From Eledone cirrhosa (lineage: Eukaryota), in assembly GCA_964016885.1 (NCBI GenBank), contig OZ024745.1:61442001-61506000 (forward strand): DNA of 64,000 nucleotides. The letters run 5' to 3'. The position numbers and the translations under genes are program-made. The notes under the pieces are model-generated. The model had not been told where the DNA came from. It saw only the letters and a program-made list of their open reading frames with translations, and searched no databases. Shown piece by piece: positions 29,680 to 44,027 of this stretch (positions within the stretch are counted from its first letter, which is position 1; every line of letters starts with the position of its first letter).

Positions 29680-30314
29680 CATGGTACAACGCACCCTTCA
29701 ACCTGCAAACTATTGGACAAATCCCCCAAAAATTCTTTGAAATTCTACATAAATATTTTCCACCAAACCACAGATACCACCAAATATTTAACAAATATAC
29801 TGTTAAATTCTCATACTCTCAAAAAATAAGCAACTACAACATTTATAAACTTTAAAATAATATGACTACACCACCACAACATAATTTAAATAGGACTGCA
29901 CCTTTTAAAAAGGCAAATAATACAATCCTTCAACCTAGAAAACACAACCACCCAAATCACCATCACAAAAACAACAGAACACAAAATCACAATACAACCC
30001 TAGCACCAAACCACCCACAAAGCAACCTTCATTCTCCTGCTATCATTAATTACAATAGGAATAGATCAAGGATTAATGAGAATAGTATAGGCACCCCCAA
30101 CAACCATCTTACCCTAATAGATTTCAAGTTATCGTGGAACACCATTCTACAAAGAACTCCATATCTTGGGAACAGGAGGGAATGCAGATTATGTTCAGGG
30201 GAGATCTTGGAAATTACTAAATCTAAGGACGATTTATTAAATAAAAGGCAGAAACTGATCATAGTTTGTAATCACCGTATACGAAGAACATTTAAATACT
30301 ATAAACATAATTAA
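29680..30314 (+). pseudogene. Naiad-type PLE linker and C-terminal GIY-YIG remnant
   Basis: WYNAPFN..FFEILHKYFPPNHRYHQIFNKYTVKFSYS, then ..FKLSWNTILQRTPY..CRLCSGEILEI..LLNKRQKLIIVCNH. GIY and YIG motifs are absent. Confidence 0.8.
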
Positions 30315-30650
30315 ATACTATAAACCTAATTAAATATTCTAAATAGCAACTCACTATAATTCTATATAGAGTAACATTTATTAGTACCCATTTATTTTGA
30401 CATTCTTTTTGACATTCTTTTTAACTTCACTATACCAGATACATTCAACTATCAGTTTGACAATCCCTTTCCTCCTAGTAGATTTTTATGCCAATTCTTA
30501 TTAACACAATTCCTTTCAAAGGGTCATGATCTCAACTAAAGTGTATTACTTTTCATCTTAACACCATATGAAAAAAACAATTTTATTCGTTAGTTCTTCA
30601 ACTACCTCGAAATAAGGACATGATACTAACATACTACTAATTCTGAATAT

Positions 30651-30792
30651 TATTGCTTTTGAAAACAGCTGGTGATATGCATGTAAGTAAATATTCTCTT
30701 TATCTGATATTTTGTAACTAACCTTACATAGATCAATAACGGAGTATAGCTACAATGTAGTATCATCATCTAGAAACGATCGTAAAGCAGTG
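30651..30792 (+). ncRNA. Hammerhead ribozyme, U3:A8 core variant, 107-nt stem II
   Basis: Stem I TATTGCTT/AAGCAGTG, core TTGAAAA 30659-30665, stem II TGGTGATA/TATCATCA, GAAA-CGATCG-TA. Confidence 0.6.
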
Positions 30793-30840
30793 AAGTATAT
30801 CTCTAATGACTTGATTTTTTATTTCATTGTTTTAACTTAT

Positions 30841-30944
<104 letters not shown>

Positions 30945-31093
30945 CAAAGGAGGTATGGTAAGGAACCAGATGGACCATAACGCACCAGAGTACTCAATAC
31001 TTAGGGTAGTAGAGCGGGTAATAGGAAAATGTTTGACTCCGACGGCAGAGCTCAAGCCGTTTCGACGGCTATTTCTGTCCAGAAAAACATTTT

Positions 31094-31276
<183 letters not shown>

Positions 31277-31718
31277 ATGAATAATCACAGGAGATAATTT
31301 TTACAAGCGTGTAACCACGCATGGCTAGTAGGTAACAAATAAATAAAGTTAACTAGAACTTCAAAAACAACACGTGGTAGCGGCCAGTTAAAGATTTTGA
31401 CTCGAAGTGTAAACATGGATTGCTGTATATTGTTCTTCCTTGTTGATAATCCAATAATATCCACTTTCTGTGACTTACCATCTGATTAATTGGTGAAATA
31501 TATTTCTTTAATGAAATATATTCAGGGAAGATTAATCATTAAAAGGTATCTATTTTTGAAGTTCTAGTTAACTTTATTTATTTGTTACCTACTAACCAAT
31601 ACTATTACTAATTTTTACTTATTCCTAATTAAACTATTTTTCACTGGGAACAATTTGTCAGCATTTTCTTTTCCGTTTACCAATATATCATAACTCGTGT
31701 GTTACACCTCTATTCTTT

Positions 31719-31783
<65 letters not shown>

Positions 31784-31785
<2 letters not shown>

Positions 31786-32239
31786 GTGGGAAAGTAAAAA
31801 ATCGGAGAATAGACCGTTAGAACATGTTTATTTAAAATATCACCTACGTACGTTTCGCCCAGTTGGGCTTCTCAAGGGCATAAATAATCACAAGTGTTCC
31901 TTATATTCCTCGGAAAGAGTTTTTGGGGTTAAATTTAACCCCCAAAACTCTTTCCGAGGAATATAAGGAACACTTGTGATTATTTATGCCCTTGAGAAGC
32001 CCAACTGGGCGAAACGTACGTAGGTGATATTTTAAATAAACATGTTCTAACGATCTATTCTCCGATTTTTTACTTTCCCACGTGCTTACGCTCTGCTAAC
32101 TCTCTAGCCCACTAAATATTAACACTTCGAATATTTAATACTGCCGGCACTAGTATCGAGCACCTTTGGCATACGCTACTTGGCAAATAACTATATGTAT
32201 CACCTATCCCCCCTTTTTTTCTCTTTCTCGATACATAAA

Positions 32240-32243
<4 letters not shown>
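31784..32243 (+). mobile_element. Fold-back PLE pLTR insert (300-bp palindrome plus unique 3' end)
   Basis: Arms 31784-31932/31934-32083 and TCGAGCAC box at 32156. (TA)n flanks. Confidence 0.8.
31985..32029 (+). ncRNA. Minimal hammerhead, U3:A8 variant (mirror copy 31838-31882, minus strand)
   Basis: TTGAGAA-GCCCA/TGGGC-GAAA-CGTACG-TA-GG. Stem I is short. Confidence 0.6.
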
Positions 32244-32304
<61 letters not shown>

Positions 32305-33229
32305 AATATATATATATTCGTATCTACATGTGTGTATGAAAATATTGAGTGTGTATTCCTTAGTCACCATTCCAAGTACTTGGCATGAACAATAAAGTGT
32401 GGTCTCCAGTCTGTTCACTCAGTCTGGCATCATCTATTGCAAATATGTATGAATGTATCCGTAACATCTAATGGAGTCGTAGGGGAATCGCCTTGGGCAT
32501 TTTTTTAAAACGGTGGAGCCCATCTCCTTTTCAGGTCTGAATACAGCTGATTTCATCCAGAGAAGGAGAGACACAGAGCTGGTAATATAAATGTCAAATA
32601 ACATCAGAAACAACGTAACATCTCTACTATAGTAACATCTCTCATTTTTTAAAACCCAATTGGATTTGCCCTACATATTTAAACTCGCAACTAAATACTT
32701 CAGAAATTCTCATGGTTTATCATAATACGTTTTAGAGAGCAAATTGTTAACATCAATATCATTGGAACCCACTTTTCAACTCTCAGTGGAATGGAGCAAA
32801 CGATAGAAGACATTTGTCAGATGCTCTAAATTCTAACTGATGAAATCACACAATAAACATATTGATAGTTTCAGTGAGCGAAACAGATGCAGTGGCTAAC
32901 AGAATGAAGTAAGCTTTGAATACAGCTTGAATTTGATATTTGCAACCAATGTAAAAAAAATCACAAAATACCAAAATAGTAAATGATTTTTATATTAATA
33001 GGAGTATAATCTGAGTTTTAGTTGCTGGGTCTTCAAAGTTGTGTATATTGAGAATTAGGTAGTAGTGAACACTTAGAGATAACTTTGCTAGTCAACCGTA
33101 ACATTGTTAACGCTGTCTACATGTCTGTCTGTTATTAGCTCTATTTAGGCTTGAAGTGTGAAACAGCTTTTGTCACTAAGGAACAAAACTCCGAGGCATA
33201 AGAAAACGTTGAATGACCATATGAAGACA

Positions 33230-33430
33230 AACTCTATGTAGTTGTTGGATCTGCTAGAAATAGCAGCTATAATTTCCTGAAATTATACCCCATTGATGTA
33301 GAAGAAAAAGGGCACATTGAATAATGCAGATCTAGATGTTTGAAAAAAAAAATGAAACAAAATGGTCATGGATGGAATGTCTATGATCATATGTCCGTTC
33401 AGTCATGGCTGATCTAGTGTTAGATAACAG
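33230..33430 (+). repeat. Old dispersed repeat family
   Basis: TAGAAATAGCAGCCAAAT-like core recurs near 18420, 46490 (-), 48075, 56455, 61585 and 63810 (-). Confidence 0.55.
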
Positions 33431-33989
33431 CCAACAAATCATCTGGATAAGCAATCAAAGTGAATGCAACATAAAATACTACAAAGCGTATGGTTAGTAC
33501 GGCTAGCCCATAACATATGCTGGTAAGAAATAGCTAATGTCATGGAACGTGATTCATCAGTAAACGACAACTATAAAAGTTGACAGTTTCTCCATCAGAC
33601 AGCTACGTAAATACATCGTAAAATCGAAACTCTTATTATTACCCAAAGCAATCATGATAAGAAAAACACTTGGAGAAATGTTCAAACAAGCTTCTATTAC
33701 ATACGGACAACCCAGCTGCTACTGAGTCTTGTTTTATCAATACAATGCTGATTTAAATTCACTACGTTTAGACAAAAATGCAGGCAGATAACACTAAGAC
33801 AAAAACAGCATAACACCTAACGAGGACAGCATTTCTTCTTGGATTTTAAAAACTAACATTAATTTCCCTTCGATATGATTTCATTGTGTAATTTCAAGAA
33901 TTTTGGATACCAAACACCTAAAAATGTTAAGTGACAGTTTTAATGCCCTAATTCCAGAAAGACGCTAATTAAAACGGTAAAGACGCCTT

Positions 33990-34265
33990 TCGGTCATGAA
34001 TGACCAAGGGGTTTGTACATAGAAAGTTCCACTCGGAGGAACAAGCCCGGACAAGGTGTCACCCCTTCCCATGCCAATGTTGTCCAAAGGAAAGATAAAG
34101 ACTTATACAGGATGGCACCAGTGACGTCGTAACTCATTTCTACAGCTGAGTGAACTGGAGCAACTTGAAAGAAAGTGTTTTGCTCAACGACAAGGCATCA
34201 CTCTGTCCAGGAATCGAACTCACAACCTCACGATTGAGAATCTAATGTTCAAGTCACAAAGCCAT
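33990..34265 (-). mobile_element. CORE-type SINE
   Basis: Minus strand B box GAGTTCGATTCC and core TGCTCCAGTTCACTCAGCTGTAGAAATGAG. Related 3' pieces at 15170-15350, 19640-19740 and 61680-61835. Confidence 0.7.
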
Positions 34266-34669
34266 TCACATCACGGTCTAATTATTGAGGTGTCATCTTC
34301 AATGTTGTCAACAAAAAGGTATTTGTAACACGTCTACTTTATCGTTTCGGTTGTTCCAAGTTTATCCAAATTCAACTGAATGAATAGGCCCTAGTCATGT
34401 ATTGTGTTGATCCCCAGACATCAACAGTTCTTGGTATAAAGTAAAGTTCCTAGAAATAATCCTGAAAGATCTCGAATGATGAATTTCGGCAGTAAAATTA
34501 AAGTGCAACACAAAAAACACAATTGCACTTCCGTAGACCCGAGACCTATATATGAACAATCATAGAGAATACATATACATACATATATAGTTACAGTTTG
34601 TTTACAAACCAAAGAATTCAAGAGTTTAAAACTCTTATATGTATGTTTGTGTGTGTAAATTTGAAAGAG

Positions 34670-34783
<114 letters not shown>

Positions 34784-34800
34784 GTTTGTAACTCTTTAAA

Positions 34801-34834
<34 letters not shown>

Positions 34835-35198
34835 GTTTGTAATTCTTTAACATTTACACACACAAACATAAACATATATACCAGAACTGTCAACTCTCCC
34901 CGCCCGTCGGGGAAGATTTCCCATCTACTGTTTAAAACGAACACGGGACATATGTCAACAGTTCGGATTGGACCACCCATGTAAACTCTCATATCTGAAG
35001 TGTCGATTAAGAGTCGGGTTCCGATCACATGATCAAACTCGAGCTGATCGATATGTAAACAAATTGTAATATGTAATAAACTTTACAAAAGCTGCAATTC
35101 TTATTGTCACTTTATATATATATATATTAAATATATATTAAATATTTATACTCTGCTTGGTATTGAGTACCTTACTTACTGTGGTTACCCGGGATAAA

Positions 35199-35243
<45 letters not shown>

Positions 35244-35283
35244 ATGGTTAAAAGAGTTCCATATATATATATATATATATATA

Positions 35284-35633
35284 TAAAGAAAAAGGGATGA
35301 AATCGAAAATGCAACTGAAGTCTTATTTTTAAAAAAAATATATATATTTATTTGGTTCCTTTACCGGTTTCGCAGTTCTTCTGCTTTTCAAAAGGTGAGT
35401 TGAGATGGAGGGTCTGTGGTTTTTCTCACTGTGAGAAAAACCACAGACCCTCCATCTCAACTCACCTTTTGAAAAGCAGAAGAACTGCGAAACCGGTAAA
35501 GGAACCAAATAAATATATATATTTTTTTAAAAAATAAGACTTCAGTTGCATTTTCGATTTCATCCCTTTTTTTTTATACTTCCACTCGTGTAGGACACCT
35601 CGGTTATTTTTCATTTTGTAAAAAAAACCTCAC

Positions 35634-35640
<7 letters not shown>
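35284..35640 (+). mobile_element. Fold-back PLE pLTR insert (290-bp palindrome), with a single-arm sister at 45115-45322
   Basis: Centre CTCAC-T-GTGAG at 35430. (TA)n flanks. Confidence 0.8.
35465..35502 (+). ncRNA. Minimal hammerhead, U3:A8 variant (copies 35358-35395 minus, 45149-45186 plus)
   Basis: CCTT-TTGAAAA-GCAG/CTGC-GAAA-CCGG-TA-AAGG. Confidence 0.65.
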
Positions 35641-35706
<66 letters not shown>

Positions 35707-35708
<2 letters not shown>

Positions 35709-36140
35709 TAGAAGGGGTATTTAATTTGTTGGAAGTCCGACAAATGTTTATAACTGGTTTAGAGCACTCAACAAGTAACTGGAGTAAATATTCAATGATA
35801 TTAAATAAATGGAAACTATATTTATAAAACCATATTTATTTTATTATATATATTTCTAGGGTACCAAGACAACATTGGTACGCTTTCATCATATAAAATA
35901 CAAAGTTTGTTTTATAAATAGAGACATACCCTTGTAAAACATACCTTATCGGTTGGAAATTCACTGGATAGTGAATTTCCAACCGATAAGGTATGATTTT
36001 CATGGGTATGTCTCTATTTATAAAACAAACTTTGTATTTTATATGATGAAAGCGTACCAATGTTGTCTTGGTACCCTAGAAATATATATAATAAAATAAA
36101 TATGGTTTTATAAATATAGTTTCCATTTATTTAATATCAT
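35707..36140 (-). mobile_element. Fold-back PLE pLTR insert with degenerate HHR (36035-36098, core ATGATGA)
   Basis: Arms about 35795-35965/35970-36140. Stem I TATTTTAT/ATAAAATA, stem II GTACCAA/TTGGTAC, GAAATATATATA. Confidence 0.7.
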
Positions 36141-36338
36141 ACTGGTACTTTATTTTATCGACCCCGTAGGGATGAAAGGCAAAGCTAATCTCGGCGGGAT
36201 TTGAACTCAACACACACATATACATGCACACACACACACACATATATATAATATACACACACATACATATATGTACATATATATACACACATATATATAT
36301 ATATATACAGATACACACACAAATATAAATATATATAT

Positions 36339-36545
36339 AGAAACGAGTAGGACCCCGACGGCTGAGCTCAAGCCGTTTCGACGGCTAATTCTGGACGGCT
36401 AATTTAGTCCAGAATTAGCCGTCGAAACGGCTTGAGCTCAGCCGTCGGGGTCCTACTCGTTCCTATTACCCACTCTACTACCCTAAGTATTGAGTACTTT
36501 GGTCCGTTATGGTCCACCTGGTTCCTTACCACATTTCCTTCGTTG
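36339..36545 (+). mobile_element. Family A fold-back insert
   Basis: Near-identical to 1108-1313. Confidence 0.8.
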
Positions 36546-36944
36546 TATATATATATATATATATATATATCATCATCATCATCATCATCATCGTTTAACA
36601 TCCATCTTCCACGCTAGCATGGGCTGGAGAGTTTTGTCTCACTTGAGGCGAGATTGGTCGGGAAACCGTGTCTCGCTCGTACAGAACTGTTTCTGGCAGG
36701 TTTTGTACGGCCGGATGCCCTTTCTAACACCAACCACATTTACAGTGTGGACTGGGTGCTTTTTGTCTTGTCACCTACACGACCACTTTACAGTGGACGG
36801 AAGTGGAAGGATGGAGTAGGGTGAGTAGGTGGGGGTGTATATTGGGTTAAGAGGTGCCTACTGACTGTAGGTTTAAGTTTGTATGCAAAGGAAGGTGGGT
36901 CTTCTTCCATTGCATACACACTTAAACCTACAGTCAGTTGGTGG

Positions 36945-37016
<72 letters not shown>

Positions 37017-37397
37017 GTGAACGCAGGGCACCGGAACAAATTCCGTAAGCCTTTTAAACGGATGATCTAAAGACTGCCAATATATACACGTATACAAACA
37101 CACATTTATATACATACATACACACATACACACTTATATTCTGTACGCTTGCTTCTCTTGTATCCCAAAGTTGCAATTATAACATAATACACACAGACAC
37201 ACACACGTACACTCATATACATATATACAAGTGAATGAAGAAAATGGCTATAATGACTGGCTTGAAATGAAATTCCTGGGAAAGTTGGCTATTTGCGTAG
37301 GTGTCGATTCTGTCCGATGTAATATCATTGTTTGCTGGCAAAAGCTGAACATGAGTAGGTGGAGAGCTGCACGACGTAGCGTTGTCACAGTAATCCG

Positions 37398-39060
<1,663 letters not shown>

Positions 39061-39281
39061 CGCTAAGCAAGGAAGCTTGTATAGAATGCAAAAGCGATGA
39101 GATGCAGTAGTAGTGGTTTGGTTGCAGCCAAGGTGAAAATTACATAGTTATTGGGACTAATGATTTATGTGAGTTCAAAATGGATCTAGCACATTGTTGA
39201 GCTGTAACGTTACAAGTTGAAATGAAGGATGAAGAGAGAAGAGAGAGAGAGAGAGAAAGAGAGAGAGGGGGAGAGAGAGAA

Positions 39282-39325
<44 letters not shown>

Positions 39326-39411
39326 TTTCGGAAATAATGAAAGATAACTGGATAAATGAATAAATGAATATATATATATATAGTTATGTAATAAACAACA
39401 TAAGGCAATTA

Positions 39412-39471
39412 TTCCATTTACCAGTGGTTTCTTAAAAGCAAAAGATTTTGCTTTCAATCCTCAGAATGAAA
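39412..39471 (-). ncRNA. Type I hammerhead ribozyme within fold-back insert 39380-39580
   Basis: Minus strand TTTCATT-CTGAGGA-TTGAAAGCAAAA/TTTTGCTTTTAA-GAAA-CCACTGG-TA-AATGGAA. Confidence 0.8.
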
Positions 39472-39576
39472 AAATCCATGGAATAATTGCCTTATGTTGT
39501 TTATTACATAACTATTAAGCTCTGTTACCTACATAGAGCACTCTTTTTTCCTGGACTTTTCCGACGGAATTACTTC

Positions 39577-39638
<62 letters not shown>

Positions 39639-39700
39639 CGAAAGAGTCCAGAAATAGCCGTCGAAACGGCTTGAGCTCTGCCGTCGGGGTCATACATTTT

Positions 39701-39765
<65 letters not shown>

Positions 39766-39839
39766 CAGAGAAATAAAGAGGGAGAAGGAAGTCGTATTGT
39801 GTTTGGATATTGCTAAACTGTGGTTAAAGTGGATCGATC

Positions 39840-39875
<36 letters not shown>

Positions 39876-39909
39876 GAGAGAGAGAAGTGGTTACACAACA
39901 GTTAGTTCA

Positions 39910-39959
39910 CCATATCGAGAACAATTGTTTCACCTTAGCGGATCCTCAGCTCGGAATGG
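39910..39959 (-). ncRNA. Type I hammerhead ribozyme in pLTR
   Basis: CCATTCCGAG-CTGAGGA-TCC/GGT-GAAA-CAATTG-TT-CTCGATATGG. Confidence 0.75.
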
Positions 39960-40116
39960 GCATGGTTATAGGAACAGGAAGGACAACCGTACGAACGCGC
40001 ATGCGCAGAAACCCGGTCACTTCACACAGGCAATACGAGACTGCGTGCGAGAGGTGTAAGGGAGATAACTGCGAAAGTCCGAAAAGTTTTTAGGTTGAAA
40101 ATAAAATTACAAAGAA

Positions 40117-40785
40117 TCAGTTCGGAGCCTTGTAGTTATGCAACAGGTGTTTGGCGACGTGTGGACAACGTGTGAAAAATTCATTTCTCGTGTTTAGGCA
40201 ATCACTATTGTGTAATCTCTTTAGAATAGTTATTCGTTCGTCAATACATAAGCCAAACGTCGGATTTCCCCTTGCGTATGGCTTGGACTTAGTGATGGCT
40301 TTCCATTGAATGGAGTAGTCTATACTTGAGTCCTTGAGGGACCATATGTGGCTCGCCCTCCGCCATGCCCACATAGGATTTGACCTCCTGTGGTTCGTTT
40401 GGTCGGTTGGAAGTGACCACAGCTTCATAGATTACAGCTGGTGTGTTACATTGTTGTTGAATGGGGCAAGCTTCAGGCTTACGGCAAGAGCACCCTGGTG
40501 GGGTGTTGCTCCTAGGGCTGCTGGTGATGTGGGCCTTCATGTTCTTAGCGCAGGAGTATCCTAGTTTAACTTTGTGTCGGTTAAAGATGGATCGGTATTT
40601 ATAACCTATGGGAATGTGTCTATCTAAGAGGGCCAGACATTTTTTCCTAGATTGGTTTTAACGTTGAGTGAGAAGGGAGGAGAGAACCAGATAGTTTGTC
40701 TATTGTTGCGCTTACTTTTCTTAATGTTGTTGTTGCTAGTGGGAGAGTAAGTGATAGGTTGTGAGAAGCCGCTATTAGCCAACGT
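40117..40785 (-). pseudogene. Naiad PLE linker, Zn-knuckle and GIY-YIG endonuclease fragment (frameshifted)
   Basis: IWFSPPFS..CSCRKPEACPIQQQC..VIYEAVV..KSYVGMAEG / SHIWSLKD..LCIDERITIL..LNTRNEFFTRCPH. Confidence 0.9.
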
Positions 40786-41131
40786 TGTCCACACGTCGCC
40801 AAACACCTATTGTATAACTACAAGGCTCCGGACTGATTCTTTGTAATTTTATTTTCAACCTAAAATCTTTTCGGACTTTCGCAGTTATCTTCCTTACACC
40901 TCTCGCACGCAGTCTAGTATTGCCCGTGTGAAGTGACCTGGTTTCTGCGCATGCGCGTTCGTACGGTTGTCCTTCCTGTTCCTATAACCATGCCCATTCC
41001 GAGGTGAGGATCCGCTAGGTGAAACAATTGTTCTCGGTATGGTGAACTAACTGTTGTGTAACCACTTCTACCTAACTCGTCCCATGGACTGAGTGCTCTA
41101 CCACTACAGATATTACCTTCCAGTGTTCCAC

Positions 41132-41194
<63 letters not shown>

Positions 41195-41195
<1 letters not shown>

Positions 41196-41861
41196 CCAAT
41201 AACTTAATTTAGTTATTGCTCGCACTGATTTTGAGGTATCTGGTCTTTAATGCGAAGAAATACCGATGATAGTCAAAAGATCACTGATGATGGACCTTTC
41301 TCGCTCTATTTTTCATTCATATGTATCACACTCGCAACAACGCAACACGCCATTTTTTTTATTCATATATAATTTTTCTCCTCGCTGTGGTTTGTATTTT
41401 TCTATCACCTTACTGCTAGCCTCTTTCTCTCTCCCCTTGTACCTCTTGCTTTCATTCACCCCGTCTGCTGGTCACACACTCTCTCGGCTGGCCTCTTCCT
41501 CACACTTTCACTCTCTGCTGCTCCCCCTCTCTCACTTCCTCCCGTCTGACCTGTGTGAAATCCTTTTCTCGGTCACATTTTGCAGGGTTCGGACGCGTCT
41601 GCCGTCTTCCAGTCGTTGATTTGTTCGAACTTAAGTTCACACGTATCATTGACTTGTCTCTCATTTCCTCTCTTTACGTTGCATTACTATTTTGTTTGTT
41701 TACTGTCACTCTTTCTCCACCCAGTTCGCCCTGGCCCAATAACTTATTTTAGTTATTGCTCGCACTGATTTTGAGGTATCTGGTCTTTAATGCGAAGAAA
41801 TACCGATGATAGTGAGAAGCTCACTGATGATGGCCAGTCCCCTTTCTCGCTCTATTTTTCA

Positions 41862-41866
<5 letters not shown>
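41195..41866 (+). mobile_element. Non-coding element with about 130-bp direct terminal repeats (540-bp period) inserted in (TA)n
   Basis: 41196-41322 repeats at 41736-41868. Pyrimidine-rich interior, no ORF, no TG..CA ends. Confidence 0.75.
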
Positions 41867-41926
<60 letters not shown>

Positions 41927-42140
41927 GTGGAACACTGGAAGGTAATATCCGTAGGGACGACTTAGGTAGAAGTGGTTACACAACAGTTAGTTCACCATAC
42001 CGAGAACAATTGTTTCACCTTAGCGGATCCTCATCTCGGAATGGGCATGGTTATAGGAACAGGAAAACAGGAAGGACAACCGTACGAACGCGCATGCGCA
42101 GAAACCAGGTCACTTCACACAGGCAATACTAGACTGCGTC

Positions 42141-43820
42141 AGATGCTTAAAATGGCGAGCCCTAGCTTTCGACGGCAAATTTACAGGCACCAACAACACC
42201 TACAACCTGAAATCGAGAGCCTACCCTCCTAAGGTAACTGAACTTGCTCCTTTCGAGACGGACCTTCTTGACTTAGTCGCTAATATTTCCTTTCGCAAAC
42301 ACATTAACACCTTTCAAACGAAACTCAGAAACGATATTAAGAAATTTAGGCCTTCTAATAACACCTTCGTCCTTTCCGACAAAACTAATAATATTTACGA
42401 AGTCGATAACACCACTTTCCGCCACCTGGCCCATAAAGCTATTACTTCTAAATATAAGAAAGCTAACCCTATGGCCTACCACAACATTAATACAGAAGCC
42501 AAAGAACTTGCCGCCGACCTTAAGGTAGATAAGAAGCTACAATCTCTAGCTAAGCGGGAGACGTTCCTCACCCTGAAAGATCACAAGGTAGACTTTACTC
42601 CTAACCCCACATGTAGACTAATAAACCCGGCACGCACGGATATGGGATTAGTCAGTAAGGCCATACTTAGAAACATAGTTAAGACCATTAGGACCAAGTC
42701 CAACCTGTCCCAGTGGGACAACAGCGACTACGTAATTAAATGGTTTAACTCCTTAAAATCCAAAAAAGCGAAGTTCACACAGTTTGACATTGTCGATTTT
42801 TACCCGTCGATCTCAGAGACCCTGTTAAAGAAAGCGTTGGACTTCGCTACCACTTATACCACCGTCGATGGTTTAGACAGAGAAATCATCGCTCACTGCC
42901 GGAAAACACTCCTCTTCAACGACGGAGTAGCCTGGGCAAAGAAGTATACATCTTCAGACCTGTTCGACGTCTCCATGGGATCGTTTGACAGTGCTGACGT
43001 ATGTCACTTGGTTGGCCTTTTTATCTTAGACATATTACGTGTTAGATTCCCGGACTTTCACACGGGAATATACCGTGACGATGGACTGACTTTATCGAGC
43101 CATAAAAGTGGTCACGACCTCGACCGGTTTATAAAAGACTTAGCTTCTACCCTCAATGAGTTAGGACTTAGGATAACAGTAGCCACCAACCTCTCTAGCG
43201 TAGATTTCTTAGACATTAATTTAGACCTTCACATACACACCCACAGACCCTTCCATAAGCTAAACGAGAAACTTAATTACATTCACAAGGACTCATGCCA
43301 CCCTCTCACTGTTTTTAGAAACTTCGTTAAGAATATCAGTACTAGAATCTCAAACCTCTCCTCTAATAAGGCTATCTTTGACAGGGCGGCACCCTACTAT
43401 AACACGGCGTTTGCTAACAGCGGCTTCTCACAACCTATCACTTACTCTCCCACTAGCAACACCACCATTAAGAAAAGTAAGTGCAACAATAGACAAACTA
43501 TCTGGTTCTCTCCTCCCTTCTCACTCAACGTTAAAACCAATCTAGGAAAATATTTCAGGTACCCGGACAGACGTTCATCTACGAAACTCGCGAGCCACGT
43601 ATGGTCCCTCAAGGACTCAAGTATAGACTACTCCATTCAATGGAAAGCCATCACTAAGTCCAAGCCATACGAAAGGGGAAATCCGACGTATGGCTTTTGT
43701 ATTGACGAACGAATAACTATTCTAAAGAATAGTGATTGCCTAAACAGGAGAAGTGAATTTTTCACACGTTGTCCACACGTCGCCAAACACCTATTGCATA
43801 ACTACAAGGCTCCGAACTGA
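42141..43820 (+). CDS. Penelope-like (Naiad-type) reverse transcriptase, 5'-truncated, with in-frame deletion of the GIY-YIG core
   Basis: Frame is open upstream of the listed ATG 42471 (LKWRA..ELAPFETDL..SDKTNNIY). Motifs TLKDHK, CRLINP, FDIVDFYPSI, MGSFDSADVC, YRDDGL and VDFLDINLDL are present, with C-terminal CLNRRSEFFTRCPH. Confidence 0.9.
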   Translation, partial: RCLKWRALAFDGKFTGTNNTYNLKSRAYPPKVTELAPFETDLLDLVANISFRKHINTFQTKLRNDIKKFRPSNNTFVLSDKTNNIYEVDNTTFRHLAHKAITSKYKKANPMAYHNINTEAKELAADLKVDKKLQSLAKRETFLTLKDHKVDFTPNPTCRLINPARTDMGLVSKAILRNIVKTIRTKSNLSQWDNSDYVIKWFNSLKSKKAKFTQFDIVDFYPSISETLLKKALDFATTYTTVDGLDREIIAHCRKTLLFNDGVAWAKKYTSSDLFDVSMGSFDSADVCHLVGLFILDILRVRFPDFHTGIYRDDGLTLSSHKSGHDLDRFIKDLASTLNELGLRITVATNLSSVDFLDINLDLHIHTHRPFHKLNEKLNYIHKDSCHPLTVFRNFVKNISTRISNLSSNKAIFDRAAPYYNTAFANSGFSQPITYSPTSNTTIKKSKCNNRQTIWFSPPFSLNVKTNLGKYFRYPDRRSSTKLASHVWSLKDSSIDYSIQWKAITKSKPYERGNPTYGFCIDERITILKNSDCLNRRSEFFTRCPHVAKHLLHNYKAPN

Positions 43821-43929
43821 TTCTTAGTAATTTTATTTTCAACCTAAAAACTTTTCGGACTTTCGCAGTTATCTCCCTTACACCTCTCGCACGCAGTCTA
43901 GTATTACCTGTGTGAAGTGACCGGGTTTC

Positions 43930-43941
43930 TGCGCATGCGCG
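43930..43941. promoter_or_regulatory. NRF1-like palindrome in pLTR
   Basis: TGCGCATGCGCG about 50 bp upstream of the HHR core, present in all four pLTR copies. Motif match only. Confidence 0.4.
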
Positions 43942-43977
43942 TTCGTACGGTTGTCCTTCCTGTTCCTATAACCATGC

Positions 43978-44027
43978 CCATTCCGAGCTGAGGATCCGCT
44001 AAGGTGAAACAATTGTTCTTGGTATGG
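43978..44027 (+). ncRNA. Type I hammerhead ribozyme in 3' pLTR
   Basis: CTGAGGA 43988-43994, GAAA 44006-44009, palindromic ACAATTGT, stem I CCATTCCGAG/CTTGGTATGG. Confidence 0.8.

Larger units (their letters stand above)
39885..41134. mobile_element. Naiad-type PLE, 5'-truncated and inverted (minus arm 39885-40785, plus arm 40781-41134)
   Basis: Same family as 41923-44055. pLTR copies point outward at both ends. Confidence 0.9.

Noticed and set aside
41805-41832. SECIS-like or box C/D-like ATGAT..AAG..TGAT hairpin
   Set aside because: The helix is only about 6 bp, too short for SECIS, and box spacing does not fit a snoRNA. Kept only as an unexplained structure.
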